A stretch of DNA of 64,000 nt from Waterburya sp. (GTDB taxonomy: Bacteria; Cyanobacteriota; Cyanobacteriia; Cyanobacteriales; Xenococcaceae), in the NCBI GenBank assembly GCA_965217895.1, contig CBDCJV010000002.1, forward strand, positions 512,001 through 576,000, given 5' to 3'. The notes under the pieces were generated by a model, which saw nothing but the letters and a program-made list of their open reading frames with translations, made no database searches and had not been told where the DNA came from. The position numbers and the translations under genes are program-made. Below, piece by piece: positions 19,707 to 32,179 of this stretch; position 1 is the first letter of the stretch, and each line of letters starts with the position of its first letter.

Positions 19707-22700
19707 TTAACGATGCTTTTTTCTCATCAGCCACTTCTCGATCTCCATAGCAAAAAAAACTATGCTACTTAAAATCAAGCAAATAGTTAGATCGAGCCTT
19801 GACAGAGGAATAGTTTGAAAAATGTTTTGCAATAAGGGTAGATAAACCACTGCTAGCTGCAAACTAAAAGTCAGCAAAACTGCTCCCAATGAAGGCTTGT
19901 TACCCAGCAAGCCAATACTAAATAACGATTCTCGTTCAGAGCGCATGGTTTGAGCAAGTCCTATCCGAGAAAAAGCCAAGGTAGTAAACACCATAGTTTG
20001 CCAACTAGCCTGACCTTTTGACCAATAGCTATATGCCACTGCCAGTAATACTAAACCTAAAAGCAACCCCACCCAAACAATATCTAGACCTACCCCGCGA
20101 CCGAAGATACTCTCATTTGGTTTGTAGGGTCTGCGTTGCATAATCTTACGCTCCCCTGGCTCTACACTTAAAGCTAGTGCCAACAGACCGTCGGCTAATA
20201 GATTAATCCAGAGAATTTGTAGAGGTAATAGGGGTAGTGGCATTCCCCAAACAGGAGCGAGGATAATTACCCAAAGTTCGCCACAGTTACCAGTCAAAGT
20301 ATACTTAATGAACTTACGAATATTGTCGTAGATAACTCGATCTTCTTTGATCGCAGCAACAACAGTAGTAAAGTTATCGTCCAGCAAGACCATATCTGCT
20401 GTTTCTTTAGCGACATCCGTACCAGTTATGCCCATCGCTACGCCAATATCGGCTTTCTTTAAAGCTGGGGCATCATTAACCCCATCCCCTGTCATTGCCA
20501 CAACTTGACCACGACTTTGCAAAGCGCGAACAATTTCTAGTTTTTGCTGTGGGGACACTCGCGCATAGACAGAAACCGATTCAACTGTGTTTGCTAATTC
20601 TTTAACTGAGAGATGTTTCAGATCTTGACCAGTGAGAAACCTTTCGTTAGAGGAAATCCCCAATTCGCGAGCAATATGCATAGCCGTAAGAGGATGATCC
20701 CCCGTAATCATCACAGGACGAATGCCAGCAGTTTGGCAAGTCTGCACTGCATTCTTAACTTCAGATCTCGCTGGGTCAAGCATTCCTACTACACCCAAGA
20801 AGATTAGATTTTGCTCGACACTGTTAATCTCTGTCCCAGAAGGAAGAGTTTCTAAGGGTTTAAAAGCGACACCAAGAACGCGCATCCCGTCTCGTGCCAG
20901 CCCTTCACTAAGCTGCAAAATTCTTTGCTGCCAGCGATCATTGAGTGGTTCAGGCTGTCCGTTTACCCAGACCTGACTGACAACTTCCAGTAGGCTATCG
21001 ACAGCACCTTTAGTAAAAACAATGCTTCCCGACTGCTCTAGCACTAACTCCCAAGGCAACATCGACTTAAGAGATTGGGGAAGCTGGCTGTTGTCTCTCG
21101 GAAGTTGGTGAACTGTGGTCATCCGCTTGCGCTCGGCATCAAAAGGAATCTCAGCACAACGCAGAAAGACTTCTTCTAAGTTAGCTTTCCAAAGTCCCTG
21201 ACGGGCAGCAGCTACTACCAAAGCATTCTCAGTCGGATCTCCAATGGAATGATGTGGGTCGTCGTCTTCCGATTTCAACACAGCATCATTGCATAGGGCT
21301 GCACTAGTTAGGAGAAGAGTTAAGGCAGGTTGTCCTCTGAGTAAAATGGATTTTGCTTCCTGACGGGGAGACAACCTCTACAATCAATATGAGACAGGGG
21401 ACTTAGAAAACCTTGCAGCTCAATAAAAATACCAACGTAATTGATTTAATATTCAAGGGCAAAATTGGAGAAATCAGCAGAACTCTTAAATTATTCAGCT
21501 CAATTTAGGTTATGGGACATCAAATAGATAAAAATAACTGTCTTATTGAATAGAAGACAGTTAAAGTTTTAAAAATGTTACCTCAATTTTATCTTGATTA
21601 TCTCAAAACTTATCTTCCTGACTCTGAATTATTAACGTTACAAATTTTGGTTTGGCTACTACAAGCTCATCGACAGGTTAGAATAGAAAGACTCGCATCT
21701 AGCTTCCCTTATCCTATCAAATGTGAAAGCCGAAGAAAGAAAATACAACGCTTTTTAATATCATCAAGTTTGAGTTTATCTTTATTATGGTTTCCTGTGA
21801 TAAAAAAGATAATTGAGAATCAATTCAAGGCAGGCGATCGCTTAATTATTACTATCGACCGAACGCAATGGAAAAATAATAACATTTCGATGGTAAGTGT
21901 TATCTGGAAGAAAAGAGCCTTGCCAATTTATTGGTTACTATTATCAAAAAAAGGTAGCAGTAATTTCTACGAGCAAGTAGCTACAATTAGACCTATAATC
22001 AGGCTGCTTAATGATTATAAGCTAGTTATTATAGGTGATAGAGAGTATCGAAGTACAGCCTTCGCTCTTTGGCTAGCTAAAAAGAATATAGATTTTGTTC
22101 TTAGATTAAATAAAAATACTAAGATTGTAAGAGTGGTGGTTATAATTTAGAAGGAAGTCAAGCTAATCCACAACGTTTGACTAATTTAATTTTATTAATA
22201 GCCATCGCCTATACTGCTAGTTGTTTGGCAGGTTTAAAAATTAGAAATACTGGTCATCAAGAGTATATTAATCGCCTCAAACTTGAAGGAAAAAACCGAC
22301 CAAGACATAGTTATTTTTGGACAGGATTATACGGTACGACATGGGTATTATCTATGGATATATGTTGGGAGTGGGTCGAAAAATTAATGAAAACTGCTCT
22401 CAATAAACTATCATTTTATCTCAAAGGTCTTAAAGCTATGAAACTTATACAGAGTCTTGTTTAGCCTGGTTGTCTCCCCGTCAGTTTTGCTTCACTATTT
22501 TTTGGTATTGGTGTGGCACTGTCTAGAAGTTCAGCTAAATCTACTCTTTGACCAGCTACAGCCAGAAAGGTGACGGTCATGCGGTTCTCAGTCAAAGTTC
22601 CCGTTTTATCAGAGCAGATGGTGGTAACTGAACCCAAAGTTTCCACTGCTGGGAGTTTGCGGATTAAGGCTTTCCTGGTCAACATCCGCTGCGCTCCTAA

Positions 22701-23588
22701 AGCTAGGGCAATTGTTACCACTGCTGGTAAACCTTCTGGTATAGATGCTACTCCCACACTTACGGCGGTCAGAAACATTAACTTTAAATCTTCTCCCCGA
22801 AGCAAGCCCAGTATGAAAATTGCTGTGACTAGAAACAAAATTGCAATTCCTAGAACCCGCCCTAATACTTCTAAGCGTTGTTGTAGTCGGGTTGGTTCGC
22901 GACCTACAGTTTGAATAGCTCCCGCAATCTGACCTAACTCGGTACTCATTCCAGTTTCGGTAACTACCGCCAGTCCCCGACCATAGGTAACAAATGTTCC
23001 CATGTAAGTCATATTGAGGCGTTCGGCTAGAGGTAGCTCACCTCGATTCAATACCGAAGAATTTTTATCTATGGGTTCTGATTCGCCTGTTAGGGAAGCT
23101 TCCTGAATTCTTAGGCTGGCACTCTCTAACAAACGGCAGTCAGCAGGAATTAGATTTCCCGCTTCTAACATTACAATGTCGCCAGGCACTAACTCACGAG
23201 CTGAAATTTTCTCCACGCAACTATTACGGCGCACCCTAACTGAAGGTACTGCCAGCTTTTTAAGTGCAGCAAGAGACTGTTGGGCTTGATATTCTTGTTT
23301 AAATCCTATCAAAGTATTGAAAATAACGATCGCCAGGATAGCAATAGCATCTTTGAAGTCTCCCAAAATAGCTGAAACTAAGGCAGCAACCAGCAAAATC
23401 AATACCATAGTGGCGGTTAGCTGCTGCCATAAAATTTGCCAGGGACTCTCAATATTTCGCTCGATTAATTCATTAAAGCCATGTTTTTTGAGGCGACGAG
23501 CTACTTCTGATTTGCTCAAGCCTTGTACGGAATTAGTCTTGAGCTTTTGCAATACCTCAATTGAGTTCAACTTGTACCAATTACTCAT
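19707..23588 (-). pseudogene. P2-type (Ca2+-like) ATPase interrupted by an IS4-family element
   Basis: ORFs 22461..23594 (TGES, PEGL, DKTGT) and 19707..21374 (KGA, GDGVND) join in frame as ...NSEAK|SILLRG... once the IS and one target copy are removed. Confidence 0.92.
21360..22484 (+). mobile_element. IS4-family insertion sequence with internally deleted transposase
   Basis: Perfect 17-bp TIR CTGACGGGGAGACAACC; 9-bp TSD TTTTGCTTC at 21351-21359 and 22485-22493; transposase pieces 21575..22150 (IDRTQW, GDREY) and 22177..22464. Confidence 0.93.
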
Positions 23589-23590
23589 GC

Positions 23591-23821
23591 TCAATCTCGG
23601 TTATGCTTGCTAATTTCAACTAAAGATTTAATAGCCTCATTAAGTTGGACTTTAATCTGTTGGACTTCTGCAAAAGCGGAGTTTACTGGGGATGCTTGTC
23701 GATTAATTAAACTCAAATAAACTGGTTCAGTTATTAATTCAGTTGCATCAAGGGCATTCTCAACTTTTTGTATGGCTTCTTCTATCTCACTAGATTGAGA
23801 CAAAACTTTTCTCATATTCAT
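23591..23821 (-). CDS. Hypothetical 76-aa protein
   Basis: ORF between the SDR and ATPase genes in the same orientation. Confidence 0.45.
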   Translation of the reverse strand: MNMRKVLSQSSEIEEAIQKVENALDATELITEPVYLSLINRQASPVNSAFAEVQQIKVQLNEAIKSLVEISKHNRD

Positions 23822-23891
23822 GGCTCAATTTTTCTTTTTTAATTGGAGAAGGTTTAGAAGAACTAGACTTTTCTGATTTCAAATTGATTAC

Positions 23892-23978
23892 TAGACCTCT
23901 TGCATGAATAATAAATTAGTTTTTATTACCTATTACCTCTTGGCAAAGTAGTCAGTAGTGATTCGTGCAAAAGGTCTA
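23892..23978. mobile_element. 87-bp MITE-like element (family B)
   Basis: TIR TAGACCTCTTGCATGAAT / ATTCGTGCAAAAGGTCTA; related copies at 38064-38413 and 56787-56936. Confidence 0.7.
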
Positions 23979-24628
23979 CTGGGCGGTATAGCCTCCATCA
24001 ATAACTAATTCACTACCTGTAATAAACTTAGATTCATCCGAAGCGAGATAGAGAATGCCATAGGCGATATCCTGGGGTTCACCCATATGACCAATGGGAT
24101 GTAAACTATCGAGGTGCTGCTTATATGCTTCAACCCCTTGGGGCGATCGCCTTCCTAAGTCTTCCACTAAAGGAGTCAAAATAAAGCCAGGATGCACGGA
24201 GTTAACTCGAATATTATCTTTAGCGTAAAAAAGAGCATCGGTTTTGCTCATCAGCCGCACAGCCCCTTTAGATGCGTGATAAGCAGGAATATCGGTTGCA
24301 CTAACAAGACCGTATATAGAAGAGAGATTGATAATACTACCTCCAGAACTTTGCATATATGGAATAGCGTGCTTAGTACAGAGAAATACCCCTTTGACAT
24401 TTATATTAATCACCTTGTCCCACTCATCTTCAGCTATCTCGTGGGTAGGCTTTCTACACCAGAAATTCCCGCATTATTAACCAGAACATCAATTTTTCCG
24501 AACTGATCATAAATCTCGGCAAACACCAGTTTTACTTCTGCTTCTTGGGCTAATAATATGCAGGTTGTTTGCCCAATTCCATTTGCGCCACCTGTTACAA
24601 TAGCTACTTTATCTTTTACTCTGTTCAT
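23976..24628 (-). pseudogene. Short-chain dehydrogenase/reductase, internally deleted and frameshifted
   Basis: TGGANGIG, NNAG, YHASK, IDGG; residues missing after LAQE and a frameshift near 24450. Confidence 0.85.
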
Positions 24629-24867
24629 TTTTTTCTCCTAGTTAAAAAATTGTTAGTAAGTAAGGTGAATCTCAAGCCTTGTCAGCAAGTAACTTCTTCA
24701 GAGATTGTTTGTGAACAAAAGATTAAATTGAAAGAGTGATGGGGTAATTGGGGTAGTGAAGTTTCTATTTCTCCACCATCTCCCCTACTTCCCTATCTCC
24801 TCTACTACATGCGGCTAAAGCCTTTGTCCACTTCTTTAGCCTTAATGTTTACTTTACAAACAGTTTC

Positions 24868-25239
24868 TCAGTCAGAGTCATGTTTGCAGCAGTAATCAAG
24901 GCAATTAACCGCTTGTTTTGTGAAAACCTTGGACGGATGTACCGCACATTTTAGATATTGGTTTTTAGCTAAAAATCGACAGTTTCTACAGGGAACTTTA
25001 GAAAAGCGTGGAATACTTAAACTGCTCTTATGTGTTGACTTAAATTTTGAAAAGAGCCAAAAAGAACGGCAACATATAAACAAAAGCGATAAAATAATCA
25101 CTAATAAATTACTGTCTACATTATTTATTTGGAGAGGCGAATTCTCTGATTTTTCTTTAATTGGCTGAGTTTCACTTAAGGCTATCCGATCGGTTTTTTC
25201 TAGTAAAGTATGTTTTCCGAAAAAATTGCGGTCAGACAT
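24868..25239 (-). CDS. Single-TM protein with Cys/His-rich C-terminus; paralog of 39140..39571
   Basis: PCRNCRF...N.YLKCAVHP..VFTKQAVNCLDYC. Confidence 0.75.
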   Translation of the reverse strand: MSDRNFFGKHTLLEKTDRIALSETQPIKEKSENSPLQINNVDSNLLVIILSLLFICCRSFWLFSKFKSTHKSSLSIPRFSKVPCRNCRFLAKNQYLKCAVHPSKVFTKQAVNCLDYCCKHDSD

Positions 25240-25724
25240 ATCTTTTACCTCATCTTTAAAATTGAATTTAGGTACTTTTGTTTCCTTATCACCTATTCAA
25301 AAATATATGCGATTAGCTCGAACAAGCTGTGGTAGCTTCAAATTCGTAGTTTTTCTTTAATAATTGAAAGATGACAATATTTCTATAGGTATTAAAACAA
25401 CAGACTATTATCGTCTTATCATCTTCGGTAAAGGAATTAAAAGCACTGTGAAAATTGCGTCTAAGTTTGTGATGTATATTGCCAGTGAATTGGCACGACT
25501 GCATGATAATACCTTCATCAAATACTTTATAACGCCAATCTTGGAAATTAGAAATTATTTCATTTATTAAATTCATAATCTAGTAATCTATGAACGTTGT
25601 AATCTTGGTAATACCAATTGTGTGCTTTGAAACTCAACAAGGATGACGATCTTTCTAATTTATTTAAATTATCTTTTTTCCAAATTTTCAGACGATCTGG
25701 TTAGTCTGAAAAGCCCTGAATGCT

Positions 25725-26485
25725 CTATTCTGTTGTTAAGACTAAGGCAGGATTGTTTACCAAGGCACGAGCGATTGCGACACGCTGTTGTTGTCCGCTT
25801 GTTGCAGTTCTAATGCAGCTTGTGCTGCATCTCTAGTGGCTTGTTTCTGGACTACAGTTTGCTCGGAAATTGCTCCCTCACTTAACAGACTCTGATTGCG
25901 TTGCAAATCGTCTTCTGCCAGATGTAAGTCTACTTCGGCTTGACTTAGTTGCGCTTGTGCTTGGGCAATATCTTCGCTGCGATTCCCTGCTTCTAACTTT
26001 TGTAGATTGGCTTTAGCTTCGTCGAGTTGTGCCTGTCCCTGGGCAATGTCTTCACTTCGATTGCCGTTTATCAGTTTATTGAGATTGGCTTCTTGTTGGG
26101 CTAATTGAGCGCGAGCTTGAGTTAACTGCCTTTGAAGGTCTGAATCATCCATATAAGCTACAATTGCACCTTCTTCGACGCGATCGCCTTCTTTAACTAA
26201 TAATTGTTTTAAATAACCCGAAGTTTTGGGACTTAAATTAATAGTGCGTTCGGCTTCTACCGCACCATTAGCAGAGATGGTAATCGGCATACTCTTCTGT
26301 TGTACTGTCGTCGTTACCAACTGACTATTAGTATTTTGGGGTGCAACTACTCGATAAATTATCAATCCACCACCTGCGATTCCACCCGCTAACACTAAAC
26401 CAATTAACCAACGAGATTTTAACTGTTTGGGTAAAAATTTATACCAGGTATTAGAACGAAAAGATTGAGATTGTGGAGAAGTCAT
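25725..26485 (-). pseudogene. Truncated MacA/HlyD-type adaptor fused by deletion to an ABC ATPase fragment
   Basis: LSPKTSG...VKEGD.V..G; sequence breaks at about 25800 into another frame reading SGQQQRVAIARALVNNPALVL. Confidence 0.8.
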
Positions 26486-26770
26486 AGTAATGATTCCTGA
26501 TAGAGATAATTAGAAACCGCAGTCTTTAAATAAGCTCGTTAGGTAAATAAAATAATTTAAATATTTTGGTAAGAACGATTAAACATATTGAAGTTTCTAT
26601 AGTTAAATTTTAAGCAAGCCCCTCGCTCTACCACATGGATCGATCTTCCCAATTTTATTTAGTACCAAAGTCCTATAAATTTTTACTCCTAAAATCAAAA
26701 CCTTTTATTTACCAATATTTTCGCCTTCTTTTGATCGAGAGTTTGAACATTATGAGATTAGAAAAAAACT

Positions 26771-26821
26771 TTGAAGAATTTATGAGGGAGAAATATTTTG
26801 TGTTCCTCATAAGTTCCTCAA
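26771..26821. promoter_or_regulatory. Back-to-back pair of island boxes at a divergent promoter
   Basis: Minus 26771-26788 CCCTCATAAATTCTTCAA-N10-TAATCT; plus 26804-26821 TCCTCATAAGTTCCTCAA-N10-TAAGTT. Confidence 0.85.
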
Positions 26822-26877
26822 AACTTAGCCTTAAGTTGAAAACTAATTAGAGCAGTCTCGTTAGGAAAAATAAGTAA

Positions 26878-27210
26878 ATGAGCAACAAACAAATTCCTCA
26901 AGATCGTTGGGTAGAGTTTTTCGACCAATTTACCAATGGCAATAGAAAGAGACTAATTAAGCTAGAAATAGTCGATCGCGAAAGTGGCGACGAAATTCCG
27001 ATTCAGAATGCTCCTCTATGGTCGCTAGTCTACGATCCTGTTGATAAAGGTAATGATTTGACGATTGAAACAGGACGAGATGAAGTGAACTACGCCCACA
27101 CGGTTCCTGCACCAAAGATAGTCTGGGAAAGACAAGATAGTAATGGCAAAGTGACCGCTTTAGAAATTATAGACGAGGGCAACACTCAAACCATTTTGCA
27201 CCTCAAGTAA
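26878..27210 (+). CDS. DUF5335-like protein
   Basis: IPQDRW.EFFDQF...H.V.AP..VW.......ALEIID..N..TIL pattern. Confidence 0.65.
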   Translation: MSNKQIPQDRWVEFFDQFTNGNRKRLIKLEIVDRESGDEIPIQNAPLWSLVYDPVDKGNDLTIETGRDEVNYAHTVPAPKIVWERQDSNGKVTALEIIDEGNTQTILHLK

Positions 27211-27231
27211 TAAGAATTAGTTGGAGTTATT

Positions 27232-27531
27232 ATGTCTTTTTCTTTGAATCACGGAACTCTCGTCACAATCGTATCTGAAACCGTATTACAAGATCGTTTA
27301 ATTAAACTATTAACAACATTAGGTGTCTCTGGCTACACGATTGTTCCAGTACAAGGTGCTGGTAGTCATGGTAGACGCACGGGAGATATAGCGGGCTACA
27401 ACACCAATATTGAGGTCAAAACTATTGTGACATCTGAAGTATCAGACAAGTTGCTTGAAGAACTGGGACATTTTCCCAAAACTTATGCCTTAATTGCTTT
27501 TCGGCAAAACGTAGAAGGATTGTTTGCATAA
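27232..27531 (+). CDS. PII-like (SbtB-type) signalling protein
   Basis: LVTIVSE..L...LI......GVSGYTI..V.G.GSHG.R...NIEVKTIV. Confidence 0.75.
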   Translation: MSFSLNHGTLVTIVSETVLQDRLIKLLTTLGVSGYTIVPVQGAGSHGRRTGDIAGYNTNIEVKTIVTSEVSDKLLEELGHFPKTYALIAFRQNVEGLFA

Positions 27532-27657
27532 CAAATACCACGCAAGCAATTAAAACTATAGTCAAAAATGCTTAATACGGTTTCTAGCTCTCTAGCATCC
27601 AGACTATTTCTTTAGGTAGAACTTCAATCCAGACAAAGAGTTAATAATTTTAAAGCC

Positions 27658-30210
27658 ATGTATGGAAACTATTTTAAACAGCATCAGCCTCATCTAAAAA
27701 CTAATATCTTCGGCAGTAAACGTGCCAAGATTCAAATAGAAGACGATCGCACTGGCATAAGTATCGAAACCCTCAAACGAGCTATAACCGATAACTTATA
27801 TTACATCCAAGGCAAAAACGAGTCTTTAGCTACGCCCCACGATCGCTATATGGCATTAGCGTATACGGTACGCGATCGCCTGATTCACCGTTGGCTAAAA
27901 ACCATAGAAACTTATCTCCAACAAGATGCCAGATTTGTCTTCTACCTATCGGCAGAGTTTCTTATGGGTCGGCAACTGGGTCACAACCTAGTTAATGTCG
28001 GTCTTTGGTCGCAGGCATACCAGGCACTCGAAGAATCGGGACTCGATCTTTACGAATTAATGGAACTAGAAGCCGAACCTGGGTTGGGTAATGGTGGTCT
28101 GGGGAGGCTAGCAGCCTGTTTTTTAGATTCCCTGGCAACCTTAGAAATTCCTACCGTGGGCTATGGTATCCGCTACGAGTTTGGCATTTTTGACCAACAA
28201 ATTCAAGCTGGCTGGCAGGTAGAACGTCCCGACAGATGGTTGCATTTGGGCAACCCTTGGGAAATTCCCCGCCCTGAGTATATGGTAGAAGTTAAGCTGG
28301 GAGGACATACCGAAGCCTACACCGATTTACAGGGTCGTTATCAGGTGCGCTGGGTTAGCGATCGAACTGTCTTAGGCACGCCTTACGATACCCTCGTACC
28401 AGGATACAACACTAACACTGTTAATACGCTACGCTTGTGGAGTGCCAAAGCTAGCCAAGACTTTGACTTCCAGGTATTTGATACAGGGGATTACACCCGC
28501 GCCGTAGCTCAAAAGACATTTTCTGAGAATATATCGAAGGTTCTCTATCCTAACGATAATACGCCTCAAGGAAAGGAATTGCGATTAGAGCAGCAATATT
28601 TCTTTGTTTCTTGTTCTCTACAAGATATTATTCGCATTTACTTGTGGAATCACGATAACCTCGATCGCTTTTATGAAAAAGCAGCAATTCAACTTAATGA
28701 TACCCACCCCTCTATAGGTATTGCCGAGTTAATGCGCCTATTGATAGACGAACATCAGATGGACTGGGAACGGGCTTGGCAGATTACCCAGAATACTTTT
28801 GCCTATACCAATCACACTCTATTATCTGAAGCCCTAGAACGTTGGTCGGTTAGTCTGTTTGCTCGTCTTTTGCCCAGGCATTTAGAGATTATTTATGAAA
28901 TCAATCGTCGCTTTTTGGATCGGGTATGGTTGGAATACTCTGGCGATAAGGACAAAATTGCTCGTTTATCTCTAATTGAAGAGGGAGCAGAAAAACAAGT
29001 CCGCATGGCACACTTAGCCTGTGTTGGTTCTCATGCTGTTAACGGAGTTTCCGCTCTGCATACCGAGCTATTAAAAAGCGATGTTTTAAAAGATTTTTAC
29101 GAACTATCTCCAGAGAAGTTTAGTAATAAAACTAACGGAATTACACCCCGTCGCTGGCTGTTATTAAGCAACCCCAAGTTAACCCTATTGATTACTCAAA
29201 CCATTGGCAAGGAATGGATTAAGAATCTCGAAGAGTTAAGACAGTTAGAAACCTTGGTAAACGATCGCCAATTTTGCGATCGCTGGAATCAAATTAAACA
29301 GGAAAACAAACAGGATTTAAAAGCTTACATTCAGCATCATCAGGGCATTGAAGTCGATGCTAATTCTCTATTCGATATCCAAGTCAAACGCATCCACGAG
29401 TATAAGCGTCAACTGCTCAACGTATTGTACATCATCACTTTATATAACCGAATTAAAAACAATCCCGATCTCGATATTCAGCCACGCACCTTTATCTTCG
29501 GCGGTAAAGCAGCACCAGGCTATTGGATGGCTAAATTGATTATTAAGCTGATTAACTCGGTGGCGGAGGTATTAAACCGCGATCCTCATGTGGGAAATCT
29601 TTTGAAAGTTGTTTTTCTGCCTAACTTTTCCGTAACTCTAGGTGAAAAAGTGTATCCCGCAGCCGATCTTTCCGAACAGATTTCCACCGCAGGAAAAGAA
29701 GCCTCTGGTACGGGGAATATGAAGTTTGCCCTCAATGGTGCTTTAACTATTGGTACTCTTGACGGGGCTAATATTGAGATTCGCAAAGCCGTAGGTGCAG
29801 AAAATTTCTTTTTGTTTGGCTTGACTGCCGAAGAGGTAGTAAAACTTAAAACTCAGGGATACAACCCACGAGACTACTATAATACCAACGCCGAACTACG
29901 AGAGGCGATCGATCGCATTGCTTCGGGTTACTTTTCCCTCGATGAGCCGAGCCGATTTCAACCAATTGTGGATTCTTTGCTCAACCGAGATGAATACCTA
30001 CTGCTAGCAGATTATCAATCTTATCTCGACTGCCAAGAACAAGTTAGTCATGCTTACCAGGATCGAGATAACTGGACTCGAATGTCGATCCTGAATGTAG
30101 CGCGGATGGGCAGATTCTCTTCAGACCGAGCGATTCGCGAATATGCCAGCGATATTTGGCAAGTTAAGCCAGTCAAAATTGAACTTGAAGACACTAAAAC
30201 CGCTAAGTAG
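27658..30210 (+). CDS. glgP: Glycogen phosphorylase
   Basis: [38 protein letters not shown]. Confidence 0.97.
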   Translation: MYGNYFKQHQPHLKTNIFGSKRAKIQIEDDRTGISIETLKRAITDNLYYIQGKNESLATPHDRYMALAYTVRDRLIHRWLKTIETYLQQDARFVFYLSAEFLMGRQLGHNLVNVGLWSQAYQALEESGLDLYELMELEAEPGLGNGGLGRLAACFLDSLATLEIPTVGYGIRYEFGIFDQQIQAGWQVERPDRWLHLGNPWEIPRPEYMVEVKLGGHTEAYTDLQGRYQVRWVSDRTVLGTPYDTLVPGYNTNTVNTLRLWSAKASQDFDFQVFDTGDYTRAVAQKTFSENISKVLYPNDNTPQGKELRLEQQYFFVSCSLQDIIRIYLWNHDNLDRFYEKAAIQLNDTHPSIGIAELMRLLIDEHQMDWERAWQITQNTFAYTNHTLLSEALERWSVSLFARLLPRHLEIIYEINRRFLDRVWLEYSGDKDKIARLSLIEEGAEKQVRMAHLACVGSHAVNGVSALHTELLKSDVLKDFYELSPEKFSNKTNGITPRRWLLLSNPKLTLLITQTIGKEWIKNLEELRQLETLVNDRQFCDRWNQIKQENKQDLKAYIQHHQGIEVDANSLFDIQVKRIHEYKRQLLNVLYIITLYNRIKNNPDLDIQPRTFIFGGKAAPGYWMAKLIIKLINSVAEVLNRDPHVGNLLKVVFLPNFSVTLGEKVYPAADLSEQISTAGKEASGTGNMKFALNGALTIGTLDGANIEIRKAVGAENFFLFGLTAEEVVKLKTQGYNPRDYYNTNAELREAIDRIASGYFSLDEPSRFQPIVDSLLNRDEYLLLADYQSYLDCQEQVSHAYQDRDNWTRMSILNVARMGRFSSDRAIREYASDIWQVKPVKIELEDTKTAK

Positions 30211-30350
30211 GCTTGGTATAATTGTTCTAACGCTATCCATTGCACGGTAATTTTTCAACACTTTTACCTTAATTGAATGGATAGCTTTTTTCTCCTCCGA
30301 GTAAAAATTGTCCAAACCATTGTTAGTATAAAGCTAAATTTAAAAATTAA

Positions 30351-31028
30351 ATGGTTATGAAAAATGTAAATACAGAACTAAATACGATACGGCTAACCCC
30401 AAAAGACTTTGATCGCGCTGCCGATCTTTTAACAGAAGCTTTTTATAATAACTCTGCTCACGTTTATATTTTCGCTAATGAAAAAACCAGGTTGAAGCTA
30501 CTAAAATGGGGCTTAAAAGCTAATTTAAAACTCAATCTCGCACCACCTACGCCGATCGGTAAAAGCTTCGCATTAGTCAAAGCCGATACTTCAGGAAAAA
30601 GACAGATCGAAGCTATGGCTTTTTGGCATCCTCCTAGATGTGATTCTCCTAGTTTAATTAATAAAATCACATCGGGATGGTTAACCATACCCTGGAAACT
30701 TGACAGAGAAACTTATCAACGTCTGACCGAAGTTACGATTACGATGGATAAAATTAAAGAAAATGTATTAGGCGATCGCCATGCCTGGTATCTTAATAAT
30801 ATGGTCGTAGCTAATGAACTGAGGGGAAAGGGAATTGGCAGTAAAGTTCTCCAACATCAGCTAGAAACCGTAGTTGAACCGTCAGGCTTTCCTGCAATTT
30901 TAATGACTCAAAGAGCAGCAAATGTTGTCTTCTATCAGCGATTGGGTTTTAAGGTAGTAACCGAATCAACAATAGGTACTGGAGAAGATGCGTTTACCAA
31001 TTGGTGTATGATTCGCCAAGCGAACTGA
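30351..31028 (+). CDS. GNAT-family N-acetyltransferase
   Basis: WYL..MVV..ELRGKGIGS...NV.FYQRLGF. Confidence 0.85.
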   Translation: MVMKNVNTELNTIRLTPKDFDRAADLLTEAFYNNSAHVYIFANEKTRLKLLKWGLKANLKLNLAPPTPIGKSFALVKADTSGKRQIEAMAFWHPPRCDSPSLINKITSGWLTIPWKLDRETYQRLTEVTITMDKIKENVLGDRHAWYLNNMVVANELRGKGIGSKVLQHQLETVVEPSGFPAILMTQRAANVVFYQRLGFKVVTESTIGTGEDAFTNWCMIRQAN

Positions 31029-31615
31029 CCTGCGTTCAATGATTTTACTAGGCGATTTTTGCCCTAGCGATCGCTTTTGAAGAATCCATTAAAAATATAC
31101 AACCAAAGAATAAATTTGTTGTCTAACAGCAACGATATACAATACAGCAATTTTAAAGACTTGTATTATAAATTTTAAATAGCAATCATTTGGATGAATT
31201 CAAGATGGCGATCGTGACAACACCGCTAGAGTAGTCGGGCGAGTAGATGAAGCAGCAACAGTTGAATACACTTTAAACGATCACCCTGCCTAGAATGCTG
31301 AAGTAAACGAGGGACTTAAGTTCGATATAGAACTGCAACAGACCATAGAGCCAATTCAGAGACAATTAGCTCTAAACAGGGTATCTTCAGCAACTGACAC
31401 TACTGACGAACTTGACAATCTGCCGAAGGGCGATCGCCAACTTTGAAAGAGCTAACGACCAGAAATGACTTAAGTAAATGGTACTTTGCTAGTTGAGAGT
31501 AAGCAACAACTGTTAAAAATTGTCCGAAGCATTGGAAGAGGGAACTTAAACCCAAGCTAAAAGCTAAAAGCTAAGAGCTACGAACGAAGTGAGTTAAATT
31601 AAGGGAGAAAATAAC

Positions 31616-32179
31616 ATGAGAACTCAAGAATCTAGAAATCTATCAAATTCAGGATGGACGCTTTCAACGGGGATTATCATGCTCGTACTGGGAATGATTG
31701 CCGTCATTGGTCCCTGGTTCTTAGCTTTGATCGCTGTCGTACTTATGTTTGCGTGGCTTTTGATTATTGGTGGTATTGCCCAGGCTGTTCATGCCTTCAA
31801 GTCGAGTAGTGCGGGAGGAATTTTACTCAAGCTGCTGCTTAGTATTCTCTCTCTGCTTGCTGGAATAGTTTTGCTGATTTATCCCCTGGCAGGCATGGTT
31901 AGTTTGACCCTGGTGTTGGGAATCTTTATTTTCCTTGATGGCGTTTTGCGAGTGATTCAGGCTTTTCAATTACGCCCTATGCCTAAATGGGGTTGGGTCT
32001 TATTTAACGGCATCTTGAGCATTATTCTGGGCATTCTCATCTGGTCGCAGTGGCCCTTCGATGCACTCTGGATACTCGGCTTATTTATGGGTATCAGCCT
32101 AATCTTAAACGGTGTTGAGGTCATTACCTTTGCCACATCAGCGCGACAACACCGAAGCGAACTAAGCCATGAATCCTGA
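31616..32179 (+). CDS. HdeD (DUF308) acid-resistance membrane protein
   Basis: Six hydrophobic segments; W.WVLFNGILSIILGILIW.QWP...W.LG...GI.LI..G. Confidence 0.85.
   Translation: MRTQESRNLSNSGWTLSTGIIMLVLGMIAVIGPWFLALIAVVLMFAWLLIIGGIAQAVHAFKSSSAGGILLKLLLSILSLLAGIVLLIYPLAGMVSLTLVLGIFIFLDGVLRVIQAFQLRPMPKWGWVLFNGILSIILGILIWSQWPFDALWILGLFMGISLILNGVEVITFATSARQHRSELSHES

Noticed and set aside
25364..25570. ORF faintly like a histidine kinase HATPase tail (IGI...IASELARLH)
   Set aside because: G-box glycines are absent and similarity is too weak to support without BLASTX
26635..26850. 71-aa ORF in the divergent promoter
   Set aside because: Overlaps both boxes, has low-complexity composition and is probably spurious
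31190..31450. Possible fragment of a large Ig-like protein
   Set aside because: Short, contains an internal stop and shows no recognisable motif
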